DNA of 62,648 nt, filler included, from Asterionella formosa (taxonomy: Eukaryota): NCBI GenBank assembly GCA_002256025.1. It is 13 parts of 13 records of this genome, joined end to end, with 100 filler letters (N's around TTAATTAATTAA, not from the genome) between each part and the next. Parts side by side here need not be neighbours in the genome. Positions count along the whole stretch, not along the records: positions 9,683 to 14,420 come from NKIB01013390.1; positions 14,521 to 19,255 come from NKIB01013391.1; positions 19,356 to 24,087 come from NKIB01013393.1; positions 24,188 to 28,916 come from NKIB01013394.1; 9 more parts are not named here. One strand, 5' to 3'. The position numbers were made by a program, and so were the translations under genes. The notes under the pieces are model-generated. The model worked only from the letters and a program-made list of their open reading frames with translations, made no database searches and was not told where the DNA came from. Of this stretch, positions 13,760 to 26,322 are shown piece after piece (position 1 is the stretch's first letter; every line of letters begins with the position of its first letter).

Positions 13760-14260
13760 GTTGACAGGCAGCGCATTTGCAATTAACCCTGATAATCGCA
13801 AAAGTACAAGTGCATACCTTGGTACCATGGAGTACACTCCTTTATGACTTGGCCATCCAAAGGGCAGCCAGAACATTGTAGCTATGTTAAGCACAGAAGA
13901 TTAATATGTCAGCTTAAGTGAAGGTGTCAAGGATACTAAATTTGTTACAAATCTATTGGATGAGGTTTATTTTGTTGAACTGCCTGCAATTATTGAGGAA
14001 GATAACACTGGAGCGACTTTATTAAGTAAGAACCAACAATTTGGATCAAGGACAAAGCACATTGATGTGATCTAAAATTTTGTACGTGAGAAGACTGAGG
14101 ATGGATATGTTGTTCTTGTGGTCTATGTACTGACAAGTGAAAATCCTAGTGACCTTCTTTCAAAGAACATAACACAGAAGTTACATGAATCTCATGCATA
14201 TGATATTTATAATGAGACAATGGAGTGTTGGAACTGGAACCGGGAGGATCTTGTCAAGAT
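13760..14260 (+). mobile_element. Copia RNase H remnant
   Basis: DNRKSTS..LSTE.*YVSLSE..EDNTGA..SRTKHID..ENPSDLLSKN with in-frame stops; ends in GGGAGG (PPT-like). Confidence 0.88.
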
Positions 14261-14520
14261 TTAGTGTGGCATGCATATTAGTTCAGTCAAACTAATCATT
14301 CTTGAATAATGTTCCAGCCAAAATCCTGTATTAAAATACTGTGAGAATTTGAACAGCATGTGATTGCCAAGAACTATATAAGCAAACCAAGGTAAATATT
14401 TGAAAGGAGAATGTTTTAAGNNNNNNNNNNNNNNNNNNNNNNNNNNNNNNNNNNNNNNNNNNNNTTAATTAATTAANNNNNNNNNNNNNNNNNNNNNNNN
14501 NNNNNNNNNNNNNNNNNNNN

Positions 14521-14959
14521 TAACAGTGGGGTTGCCTCCCGCCAATGATCCAGCCACAGGCATGATGGTAAGTTGTAGGGGATAGTTGGAAGGCCCAATG
14601 ACAAGGACACCGGGAGACCGAAGCGGACGGCGCTCAACCTGCGCAAACCCTATAGAGTTGTATCCCGGTCCTGCCACGAATTGAGGCTTCATCCATTTCT
14701 TGAGATGAGCCAAGGTGTGGTCAATGTCCTTTATGGTCAACAGTACTTCAGTCCAAAGGGCTTCGCATACATCCTTGCCAAGATCTTGGTGCAATGCGTC
14801 TACCCACTCCTTGCGATGATCCTGCAGCATGCTTCTGAGCTGCATCAAATTGTGGCGCCGCCACTCTTCAGTCAAGTTGACTTGCGATTTTTGTGTTGCC
14901 GTCATGGGAGCAATCCAGTGAGCTGCTTCCTTTGAAAGGTTGGGTTTTGGCTTCGACAT
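14521..14959 (-). CDS. Aldehyde dehydrogenase, class 3-like (5' part, cut by contig edge)
   Basis: WRRHNLMQL..ALHQDLGK..E..HLKKWMKP..GVLVIGPSNYPLQL..P.AGSLAGGN; likely ATG at 14959. Confidence 0.88.
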
Positions 14960-15281
14960 GTTGCCGCTGGGTGGAAGAGGAAAAGGTGGCACGAGCGGCT
15001 TTCTTAATATACCCGGTACTGTATATGGCTGAGCAGAACAATTGTGAGTTAAAGCAGCAATGATGAAGGCATCATGAATGACAATCTTATTATTGCATAG
15101 GAACAAGGGAGCTTGCTTGTGCACCTGGTCCTGGTACCCTGGTACCTGTAAATGGTAGCAGGTAGGACACATGTTGCAGTAGTGTACCTGTAACCAGGTA
15201 CCGGGTACGGTATCTGGTAACCTGGTACGAAGGACTCCGTAGTAATTTCCATCGCTCATCTAGACTTACGATGTCCGTATG

Positions 15282-15400
15282 TGTTGAGGATAAACGACTA
15301 CCGGTACCTGGTACTGTTAGCAGACAGTACCGGTAGTATATCTAGTACTGTAATGACTGCACAGTCTGCGCGACCGACAGTCATGGTGAGGAATTCCATA
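15282..15400 (+). repeat. Copia LTR 5' fragment
   Basis: TGTTGAGGATAAACGAC...GAGGAATTCCAT is the reverse complement of 5457-5559 plus two micro-insertions. Confidence 0.85.
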
Positions 15401-15404
15401 CCGG

Positions 15405-16226
15405 GTAGCTTAAACCATGCATGGTTGTTTTTAGTACCACGTACGTATGTAGACTAGATGAATTCCAGTACCGGTAGAATATCCGTTAAGCATCATCACA
15501 TGCATGACCGGAGCAAAAACTTGCCGCCAACATCAGATGTATTGCTATCATCGCTCGTCCAAAGAAATTTGGACGATGCAAGTACATGAATCCCTCGAGA
15601 AGACAAGCAATCCAACAATCAACCGCATCCGATTAACAACAAACCGCCAATGGCGTCATCAATGAACTCATTTCGCTTCAGATTGGGCATGATGGACAAT
15701 GATCGGCATGGTGAAAGGTGAATTTCCGGAGTCAGTTTTCACGCGACAAACAAAAACGAGGTGACTACTGGATTTATTTTCATCAAATCTGTAGAGAATA
15801 TAAAATGGTTTCCATAGGTAGACGCCTTGCCAATTTCTGCAATCCCAAGGTTGGAAAACCGAGGGGCAATTGGCGTAAATTGTCTTGCCGAAATGCTATC
15901 ATTTGAAAAATACAAGACATATTTTAATGATGGGCAATATTGGACCTTTGGCAAGATTGCATGTGAAGCTAGGAAATATAAAAAATATGGATATGACAAG
16001 CTAAAAATGATATTTACGCTCAATGAGTGGGCAGTAGGTAAGCGAATGGCGCAATGATAGCTAGTCTGTGAATTGCCTCAACAATACCCTTCTCGATGGC
16101 TACTTGCTTTCTCGTATACATGTGCACTTGGCTGGGATGGCACTCGTAAGGTGACCTTCTTGCAGCGCTGGAACATATGTATACTCGCAGGCAAGAGACC
16201 ACCTTGGGCATGTCTTGCCTTCATCA
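15405..16226 (-). repeat. Family A interspersed repeat
   Basis: Colinear with 43535-44411 and 58300-59083; ends GCCTTCATCA. Confidence 0.9.
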
Positions 16227-16713
16227 ATCAAATCTAAGCTACTAATAAATAACTTGTTTCACATATTTTGCTTTAATTAACCATGTTATTGTTTAGTCGT
16301 CTTTGTAGTTGTTGTTTAGCTGCTGCGAAGCAAAGTGTCAAGTCTGCTGATAGCATTGTCGCCTTGAACTGTGAATATATAAATTTCATTAAAAAATGCG
16401 CTATCAGCTATTTCAATTTTCGTTGTCAATATACGAGGTATTACAACTGTTCTTTTACGATTGTATTTTATATATTGTGCTTAATATATATGTAGCCTAT
16501 AGCAAAGCGTTGTTCTCATTTTTAATGGAGATATTTGTTAATTTCTTCATTGTCAAGGCTGAGACGACTTGATGCACCATGCACACTCCAGTGGCTCACG
16601 ACGACTACACAGTTACTCCGTTGTGCTTTCCCAGTAAATATATTAGCTATTTATAGAAAAGACTAGAATAATCTAAGCTAAATAAATACCGGTATATACA
16701 AGCGCTTAAGAGT

Positions 16714-17041
16714 TTTTTGCTGTTCCAAGGCGCCAGGAGAAAACCTATCCGGCCGCTTTGCCCGCCTGCCCCATCGATGTGGGGTGCTTGGGGGGGGGNN
16801 NNNNNNNNCCCCGCCCCCCGGGCCGCATCATGGAAGGATTCAAACTCCTCACAGCAGTACATGTAATCAGGAATGGCTTTTAAGCACCCCGTCATCCATT
16901 TATGTCCCAGTGTCCGGTGAGGCACCCCGCCCCTCCACCTGGACGAGGTAGTGTGAGACTTTCACTCACTAAAAACCTGTGTGCAGCCCCAGTCTTGACC
17001 AGTACGCAGTCTGTTCTACCCGTCGGGGCGTTGGCCCATGG
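16714..17041 (-). mobile_element. Poly(A) retroposon S1, about 330 nt, with a 16-bp TSD
   Basis: TSD acaagcgcttaagagt (16698-16713) / acaagcgcttacgagt (17042-17057); 3' end CCTTGGAACAGC followed by A's; internal 10-N gap. Confidence 0.88.
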
Positions 17042-17076
17042 ACAAGCGCTTACGAGTGCTTCCTCGGGTACTGCTA

Positions 17077-17941
17077 CCAGTACTAAAGAACGGCAGTGAC
17101 CCACTGAGTTCTCCTATTCGTTTTGATTAGTTCGACTAAACCTATTCCATGCCTTGCGAGAATCAAACTTCCAGGTCTTGTTAACGAAAAGAGTCAGCAG
17201 GTTGTGTCTGTCGATATTCTCATTGAAGGTCGAGATACTGAGATACAAACCCTTTTATGTGGACAAAATTTGCTGGTAATGGGTCACACCTGCCGTACTT
17301 AAATTTTTATCTATAATTGTATGTAATTTTATATACAATTACGATCTTGGATTACTCAGTTTGGTTTTCGCAAAATGATTTTTAAGAATTTTCGTATCCA
17401 GATGAATGTGATTACCGGTATATCACAATCACACACAAATGCATTCAGCCACATTAAATGCTTGAAACCATCAACACATACCGGTATGTACAGGTACCTG
17501 GTACACATTTTCTTTCCATTGTATGGGGGCTAATGGTATGTGGGTCGACCTTGGCATGCCCGTTTATGCATGCTCAAGTTATTTAAGCAATATCAGGGGA
17601 CAGGGATAGGTTTATGACAAGAATCATCCACCGAATAAATCGCATGCGATAAGTTTGTATATGGTTGCGTATATCATAAAACAATGAAACCTGAAAACAT
17701 GGGTAATCCGTGTTCTGGCAATATTTTCGTCGATTGCACTTTTCAACCAATACTTGAGGAGAAACAAACTGCTATAAACTTATATCTAATTGCATAGCCT
17801 TAAAGCGTACATGGTCAGGATTTGGGTCGAAGTTTTAAAATTAACATATTGGCATTTGGTGGGGTCAAACCGTGTTTTTCTCCTGTTCAGTGGGACACAG
17901 CGATTCCATTTTTTTAGTGGGTCACAGCAGTTTTTAACTGG
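17077..17941. mobile_element. 865-bp MITE with CCAG...CTGG termini and TA TSD (Tc1/mariner-type)
   Basis: TA|CCAGTACTAAAGAACGGCAGTGACCCACT ... AGTGGGTCACAGCAGTTTTTAACTGG|TA; homologous to 36977-37840. Confidence 0.85.
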
Positions 17942-19355
17942 TACCGGTACCCTGAGTAGCATGAGGTCAGCCACTGGCTTGCATACAGTGGTATTGTAAA
18001 AAAGTCATATCGGGTACCACTACTATATACTTCATTGTCCTTATGATGACGCTACCATATAAACATTTCAAATCCTAATTGATATAGAACCGTTCATTAT
18101 TGGTTATTTTCACCACTTTAGCCGGAAAAGGAGAACGATTTTGAGTTTGGAGAGTATAAAGCAACCTAAGCAAGACTTGCTTACTTTTGCTTAGGACTTT
18201 GCCTACTTTTGCTTCGGGCCAAACCTCTATCGCCCTAGTCATTGTCATTTTCTTTTTTCAGCCATTTGCCTCGTTTTCACGTTTCCGTGTTTAGACGAAA
18301 TTTTTTATTTATGTCACTAACAAGTCGTGATACTGTCGACTCAAAGAGAGAGTTGATGATGTTCTCTATTTAGTCGTTTGAGCGCCTGTCCTTCGTCACG
18401 CTGTCCACATTCAGCAAAATGACTGCAACTTGCAGGCACATACCGGTATGTGTACCGAGCTCTCGCCTGCCTTTCTGTACGCAAGCAATGATATTACTAC
18501 CGGTATTCTCATCGGAAAAAGACGTCATGTGCATGTCATAACAGGGTACCTGGTACCTGATACTTGTGAACTATTATATTTAGACATTTGAATTGTTACC
18601 AGTATACCTACAATAGGCTCATCGATTCTATACTTTTCAGTTGGATACTTCACTTTGAATTGAAATCCTTCTTTCGAATATGGAAAAATATGATAATCTT
18701 CCTATCATACCTTTGTTCAAGGATTACAATCCTCAAACCATCAAGTCTAGTCTACCAGGTACAGAGTACCAACATAAGGGAAAATCTACATTTATTACTT
18801 TAGTAGATATAGTGGGTCCTGACAACACAAAATTTGGAAAGACTAGGCCATGACCACACAGAAAAGAGTGAACTATGAGCTCGTCATGAGAATGCATGAT
18901 GACAATCTCTTATTACTAGGCACAATAGACTACGCCATAAAGGTACTGGTTGATTCTGAACCAACTGACTAATAAGAATTCAATTTGTCTGCCCTTACTT
19001 TAGCATAACTTGATAGGCTATATAGAAGCTTAGCAACTGTAATTCCCGGAATCTTTTACTTTTCCTCTTCTTAATCTTCCTCGGAATGTTTTACTCCCCG
19101 GAAACGATCCATCTGTATTTGCAAAGGAACAATTGTTTGAATCTGAGCCCTCCATGTAGACTGGACAAGCTCATAAATTTGGCAATCAAAAATGTTTTTA
19201 TTGTAAAAGGACTTCCACTCGGACGATTCATGATCAGCATATCGTTCTTCAGGACNNNNNNNNNNNNNNNNNNNNNNNNNNNNNNNNNNNNNNNNNNNNT
19301 TAATTAATTAANNNNNNNNNNNNNNNNNNNNNNNNNNNNNNNNNNNNNNNNNNNN

Positions 19356-20985
19356 ACATGAAACCGTTAAAAGTAATCTTTTTTACGTGAAGAGTGGCAT
19401 TAATGCATGTGAAGTACCACATAATTAACACTCATACGTAGACGAAATTTCGAAAAGTGGCGTATTTCGCGGCTTAGATGTAAGAAACATACATTATGAT
19501 TTATTTATTTATTTTCTGTGATGTATCGATAACACTTGCGTACATATTTATCGTATTTTATTGTCATTGTATTATTTTAACATGATTATATTTTGATCAA
19601 AATTATTTCACAAACTTTTAAGAAATCATCATAGTTCTATGATCAAGATATCATAGTTATGTGATATACTTTATTCAATATTACGTATCATACTTTGGTG
19701 ATGTATGCATCGATGTAAACCTATCGTGATATCACATTATCATTATCAATCATGATGAGATGATTGGGAACTGTAGTATTCTGCATTGTACTACGGAGTA
19801 TGATATTATAACATGCACTTTAGTAGCTAAGTCACTCCTGTAATGTAAACAAGTCAACAGTGCACATACACACACGCTTATCAGGTTTGAGGCAACGGAT
19901 AGTGGATCCAACGAACGAATGACGATACCACAGCTACCAATTTTTCCAGCGGCAAACCGCAATGATGAAGGGAACTTGTCCCTCTATTGATGAGGATGAC
20001 ACGGACACCGACTTTTCCAGGAGCAAACAACAATGAAGAGAATCACTTGTCGCTCTATTGATGGTAACAAAGATGCGGAAAAGTTCAACAGTGAATACAA
20101 GAACAACATACCAATGAAAACAAGTCGGCAGTGTGTGTACACACACGCCAAGCCAGTTTGAGGCAATGGACAGTTCCAACAAGCAAATGACAATACTGAT
20201 ATCAAATGATATTTCCTACGAGCAAACAACAATGAAGAGAGCCACCTGCTTTCGCTTTCTTGATGGTATCAAAGATGCGGACAAGCTCAATAGTAAATAC
20301 AAGTACAGCATGCCAGATGCAGAAACGAGCGACATGGAACAGAAATTGTAATCACAATCATTCTATAACTATAGCTATGTGGACAGTAGTCTGTTACATT
20401 TTCGTATCTCCTTGTTCTATGATGCTGAATCTCAATAGTAGATGTAGTATCATGTGAGAATTTAAAATTTCAACGAGAACAAGTAGAATGTATTTGTTTA
20501 CGGGTTGATTGGCGAGATTGTAATGCTGGTGGTCGATGAAACGGATTTACTATGTGCGCTGTGTGCGGAACAATTCTGAGGAGATCGATTTCTTCTCTGT
20601 AAACTCTCAATTGAATGATTATGAACAAAGGTTCACTGCACATGACGATTACTCAAAGATATAATGATCACATGACCAACAAATTGAAGACGTTATCGCA
20701 AACATTCATTCCACTTGTCATCGCTAGAATTTCGTTGTTGTTGCAAAAATCAGAGTGATGACAGATGGAAATGACGAGCCAAATTACATTACTTCAGCTG
20801 GTACATTATCCTACCAAGAATTTCGAATACAGGAATCTAATAGAAACAATATATATAAAAATTAATACTATATAAATTTCAAGTGCATTTATCAAAATTA
20901 TTAGATGATATAACGAAAAATTATGATCAGATGATCACAATCCTATGATGCATCATGGAAATATGATAATTTTTATTTGCAGACG
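19356..20985 (-). repeat. Family B element, terminal 1.6 kb
   Basis: Ends TTTTATTTGCAGACG; 20730-20985 is homologous to 54794-55075 (reverse complement); internal direct repeats at 19800-20350. The extent toward 19356 is inferred. Confidence 0.7.
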
Positions 20986-21860
20986 TTATGAAGGCTGATC
21001 TTCCACAATGGGGCGAAGTTTGGTTTAGCAACAAGGCAACTACTACCATCCTCAGTTATGCCGAAATGGCCAACAGGTACAGGATCATCCCTTTTTCTGC
21101 TTAAAAGGAAGATGCATTTACTGGTGTTCATTTGCCCAACAAACCTGTTTGTTTTGAAATAGTCAGAATGAAACTACAAATATTCAAGCCTCCTAAATCT
21201 ATGAAGGCTAAAAATGCCCTAATGTTAAATACTGTTTATGAAACCAAAAGACGAGGTAATGGCTCATGGTATTTGCTTAAGCACAGCCGTTGCCTTTGAT
21301 CTGAGGTTGTGAGGTTTTGTTGGGTTCGACTCCCACACTCCTTACCGTCCCGCACGGTCTTGCCTGGTGTGCAAGAAATAGTGGGTTACCCCCCTAGTAC
21401 AAGCAGCTTGTGCCGCCTTCCTACGCGGTCGGAGTTCCCCTAACGCTGTGGCTAAGATGATCATATTTCGTGAAGGGTGGTTGGGGACGCACCTACCATG
21501 CTAACAAAACTAGGGAAGTACAGGTCTTGTCGGCAGGCAGCAAAATGAATACTTGCCTTCTTGAAAAAGGAGTAGGAATGGGCTACTATAAAACAGATTA
21601 TCATTTTGTCATGAAAACAAAACTTTCTACTACACTCAATTTCAATTTGAGAGGAAGAGCCAAGCAAGCTCGTGATCTAAGTCACGCTTTGGGCATGCCA
21701 TTGATTACTAATGATTTCAAGTTAAAAATTCATATGAATACTATTAATAACAATCATATGCCTACCGATGATATCAAGATAGCCAAAAAAATTTCGGACC
21801 TTTTTTTGGCACTCTAAAAGACAAGACAACTCGTTGCAAACCAGCACTGCCAGTCGTTGA
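20986..21860 (+). mobile_element. Copia protease / pre-integrase remnant interrupted by a SINE
   Basis: KADLPQWGEVWFSNKA.TILSYAEM..RYRI, then after the insert ENKTF...AKQARDLSHALGMP. Confidence 0.75.
21250..21610 (+). mobile_element. tRNA-derived SINE (family S2)
   Basis: A-box-like TGGCTCATGG (21260-21269) and B box GGTTCGACTCC (21323-21333); TSD atgaaaccaaaa (21238-21249) / atgaaaacaaaa (21611-21622). Confidence 0.75.
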
Positions 21861-21865
21861 TGTCT

Positions 21866-21965
21866 ATAGTCAGCAAATTTAAATAATTGTCCGCAAATTT
21901 AAGTAATTGTCAGCAATTTTAATTCATAGTCAGCAAATTTTAGTCATTGTCAGCAAATTCTAAAT
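21866..21965 (+). repeat. 20-nt tandem repeat, 5 copies
   Basis: Unit approximately ATWGTCAGCAAATTTWARTM, head-to-tail with no spacers. Confidence 0.85.
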
Positions 21966-22226
21966 GTAGAAAGGTAGGATTCTTATGTCGATTCCAAACA
22001 GTGAGCTAATATGAGTTGTGTTCAGAGACTGATTCTACCAATCATCAATGGTCGATAAGAGTAATTCTTTCCTGAATTACTTAAGGAATATTATTTTAAT
22101 CGAAAGATGGCCTATCTTGTCTGGTAGGCATGAGATGATCAATTGGGAGTGCGCTGAAACTGAAAGTTGCACTAGAACGTGTGCTACCAGATGTTCCTGC
22201 TCCTTGCAGGCTGCTGTGAGGATGCA

Positions 22227-23415
22227 TACCAAAGGCAATACACGCCCGAGGTGGTCTCATGCCTGCGAGTATACATGTCTTTGAGGCTGGGTGGCGCGAG
22301 TAGGTTGACCATACGAGTGGCGCCCCAAGAAGGCATGTAGCCACCGAGAAGGGTATTGCTGAGGCAATTCACAAACTAGCTATCGTCGCACCAGTCGCTT
22401 ACCTACGCCAGCCCACTCATCGAGTGTAAATGTCAATTTTAGCTCGCTATAGCCCATCATATAAAATATGTTTTGTATATTTCCTATCTTCACATCGAAA
22501 TTGGCAATGGGTCCGATATTGCCAATCATTAAAATGTATTTTGTTTATTTCCTGGTATCTTCGCATTTTGGCATTACAATTTGTAGCAATTGCCTTTCTG
22601 TTGTCCAGCCCTGGGATTGCCGAAATCGGCAAGCAAGGGGTCTACTTAAGGAAACCATTTTATATACTCTACAGAATTAAATAATTTATATCTAGAATTC
22701 ACCTCGTTTCTGTTTGTCTCCTGAAAAGTGGACTCCGGCAACTCACCTTTCACCATGCCGATCGTTGTCCATCATTACCGGTTTAAAGCGAAATCAGTTC
22801 AGTGATGACGCCAGTAGCGATTCATTGTCTAACGGATGCGGTTGGTTGTTGGATTGCTTGTCTTCTCGAGGGATTCATGTAGTGGCATCGTCCATATTTC
22901 GTTGGACAAGGGATGATAGCGATACATCTGATGTTGGTGGCAAGTTTTTGCTCCGGTCATGCATGTGATGATGCTTAATGGATAGTCTACCGGTGCCGGC
23001 AGTCATCTAGCCTACATGCGTACGTGGTACTGACAACCACCATGCATGGTTTAAGCTAAACTTTAATGCTTACTTTGAACATGTTATAATATTATCGCTG
23101 TAGACTTGGTATTATCTTTACAAGACCAGAATGTTAAATTGTATCATTCACATATTGATTGATTTTATGTACCAAATGCCCGATTTCGTCCTCACAATTA
23201 TGATTCTCACTCTATCCTGCCTGCCGTTGCTCAATTTGGGCTTGCAACAGGAACTTTCGACTTTCTTATGAGCCCATTTTCTGCTGTGTGTTACGCTTGT
23301 TAGAGCGGATTGGTGAGTACAACAGTGAAACACTGAATGTGATTGTAGATACAAAATTGTCGAAGTTCCGATTTGATTGCTTCCATGGTCCGTTTTGATC
23401 GCTTCCGTTGTCATT
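22227..23415 (+). repeat. Family A interspersed repeat, longest copy
   Basis: Reverse complement of 43498-44411 and 57938-59083. Confidence 0.9.
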
Positions 23416-23933
23416 TGTCATTCCACACTGTCATTTTGTTTCTTTTGTATCTATCGACATAAGAGCCAATGTATTTATCGATGACTACTCTTTGACGACA
23501 TAGTGTTGTTGATGTGTATAGTCGTTTACCATGATGTCAATATTGCCGCCAAGCAATGCTTTTCTTGTAATAATGCACTTTGCTACATTTCTACTATATT
23601 AGGTATGGATGGATGTGGTCCGCCCGAGGTAGAAGTCGTTCTCGTGTGTACATTTTGTACTGACCATTTTTTGGGTGTCGGTTTGACCTAAAATTCAGGG
23701 TGTGAATAAGAAAAACCCGAGTGGCAAGAAGATAGCTGGAGCGGGAATTGCTCGCAAAACATCGTACTGTGCACATCAAAGGAGGCAATCTAACACCGCG
23801 TGTAAAATGATTCGTGGTGGTACCTGGTACCAGATTCCCTGGTACCCTGTTGTCGTCTTGCACCTTGTACCTTGCAATGGACTTGTGTACGTAGCCTTTA
23901 TAGGTACAATGCATGCAGGACAAAGAAATAGTA

Positions 23934-24087
23934 ATGGCCATGACGCTCTTTTCAGCCCTTGTTCGCGGCATCGGTCGTCCTTCCATTGGGCTAGCCAAGC
24001 CTCCTCTTGTTACCAATTTAATCGATAACTTTCAGAGCAGATCTTTTGCATGGACGAAGACCAAACGACGTCGGGAGGAAAAGAAAG
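23934..24087 (+). CDS. 5' end of a gene with a mitochondrial-type presequence (truncated)
   Basis: MAMTLFSALVRGIGRPS...QSRSFA, R/S-rich and acid-poor, runs into the contig edge. Confidence 0.45.
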
Positions 24088-24548
24088 NNNNNNNNNNNNN
24101 NNNNNNNNNNNNNNNNNNNNNNNNNNNNNNNTTAATTAATTAANNNNNNNNNNNNNNNNNNNNNNNNNNNNNNNNNNNNNNNNNNNNTTATGTACCCGAA
24201 TACGACAACGGTTGCGCTTCTCATACTTTTCCGCACCTCTCCACAACCCACCAATTGGATTAAAGCGTTCCTGACACCTGCCTTCGTTTTTGAATCCCTG
24301 TTCACTCACCTCACTGGTCAGCGAACACTGTGTTCTATTTTTGTAAGGCTATTAAATTTGCTATCGTCAGGTGGCCCCTATTTAATTCGGGACACGGAAC
24401 ATGCAACAGGTTGCACAACACGCATCGAACGGTGGAGAATTCTCGATTGCTACGCTCAGGGCCATCAGCATTTCTATTCTTAGCATCAACGCATAAAAAC
24501 AAAAACACAAAATGGTAATACAGCAAAAATTAAACAACAGCATCACTA

Positions 24549-25756
24549 TGCTGGACTCAGAAGAGCAAGAGAGGAGTGCACCAAAAGATAATCCGAGTCA
24601 ATCACACGATTATGCTCTCGAGGTCAATCAGAATACGCAACGAAAACTTGAAGCACTGTACGAGAATTCTGAATTTTTTGCCTTACATCCTGACTTCAAT
24701 ATTCTGCATTCCGATGATATTGAAATCGGAGAAAAACTTGGCGCAGGGGGATTCTGTGAGGTCCACCAAGTCACGGTGCTCAATAATAAATCACTAGCCA
24801 TAAAATACCTGAAACGAGAAGTCTTGGAGAACAAGGAATTGCACGAACGCGGTGCTGCTGACTTGGCGATGGAGGCGTGCTTCTTGGCAAAGCTGGATCA
24901 TAGGAACATTGTCAAGCTTTATGGAATATCCGAACCAGGAGAAGTCAATGCATTCCTTGTTATGGATCTCCTTTATGACAATCTTGACGATCGCATCAAG
25001 CAATGGCGTCAAGGGAAGGGTTTCTCTCAACATGCCCAAAAGCATGGAGGGTTTCCATTTTTTCAAAAAAAGGAAGACCCAAATGTAAAACGGCTATCAG
25101 AACTCAAAGTACGCCTGAAAGAAGCGCTGGCTATTGCGGAAGCGCTTGAGTATCTGCATAGCAAAAAAATTATACATCGAGACATAAAGCCTGACAACGT
25201 TGCTTTTGACGCTGATGGAACTGCGAAGTTGATAGATTTTGGTCTTGCCAAGGAGCTCAAAGATTCAGAGAAAATGGTCAATGGCAAGTATCGTTTGACT
25301 GGTAATACTGGAGTATGGCGATACATGGCTCCAGAAATCGCCAAGGAGTGGGCTTACGACATGTCAGTCGATACGTACTCGTTTGGAATTCTACTGTGGG
25401 AGATCTGTTCTATGGAACGCCCATTTTCGGCATACACTCACCAGGAGCATACAAAGATGGTTGTAAATGGTGAAGATCGTCTTGAGATTGAAACTTGGTG
25501 GCCTATTGAGCTGCAATGGCTCCTAAAGAAGTGCTGGAGTTTCTTTCCAAGTGGTCGACCCACATTTGAAGATATTCGAGAGACTTTGGAGGAGGTCATC
25601 GAAGATAGCCATGCTGACAGTCAAGATCAGCATGTGCATCGTGTTGGATTTGCATCCCTGGGAGGAATTGGCGGTACATGGCGAAAAAGCCAGAATAATG
25701 GCGAATCTCGCTTTCCTGATCCACGACAGGTCCAGTCAACCAGGTCACATCGTTAA
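24549..25756 (+). CDS. Ser/Thr protein kinase (TKL-like), intronless
   Basis: LGAGGFCEV, AIK, HRDIKPDN, DFGLAK, YMAPE, DTYSFG, RPTF; the ORF could start at 24512 or 24549. Confidence 0.95.
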
Positions 25757-26322
25757 CACGTTGATGAGAGATTCAAAGTTTTCGGGAGGTCTCAATCAAC
25801 ATCATTATACGGTCTCCATTTCCTGGCCTCCAAACCCATGAATGCTTTCAGGCTGATGATGGAGGTTTTGATGTTAGTAGATCGTCGTTTCACAAACATA
25901 TGCAACTGCAGCTTCAGCTTTGATGTTTTGAAAGGAGTAAAACCCAGGGCCGATTGGATATTGCATATGCTAGGAATTCATCCCTGGCGGAGCTCCATAA
26001 AGTGTTTAATTCTACACCTTGATTATGCCCTCTATGAACGCTAACTGGCCGTCAGCAGAAATCATTGTCGCCACAATCCCTGCTGTTGTTATTGTCAGAG
26101 TGAACATGAGGCCCTTTCTTGTACATACCGCCTGACTGTATCTATGTTATTTCAAAAAGTCACTGTGTTGTTAAATTAAATGTGTCCATCTGTTGCTCGA
26201 TTATTCTTTGTATAGTGAATTTATATCTATGTTTATACCGGAATACTCATTTCTGTGGATCTTGTTTTATCGAACGTACAATACTATGAGTGAACAAGGA
26301 TGAATACCAGCCAGCCAAGGAC

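Noticed and set aside
14960..15259. N-terminal extension of the ALDH ORF
   Set aside because: The VPGT/YQVPG peptides are translations of the scar cluster, not ALDH sequence
15827..16057. Recurrent short ORFs beginning MPISAIP (also at 22632 and 43955)
   Set aside because: Non-ATG starts and non-conserved stops among family A copies; no coding support
21253..21346. Possible tRNA gene
   Set aside because: A and B boxes are present but I could not fold a convincing cloverleaf, and it sits in a TSD-flanked insert; treated as a SINE head
21866..21965. CRISPR-like periodic repeat
   Set aside because: Head-to-tail 20-mers with no unique spacers, no cas genes, eukaryotic context
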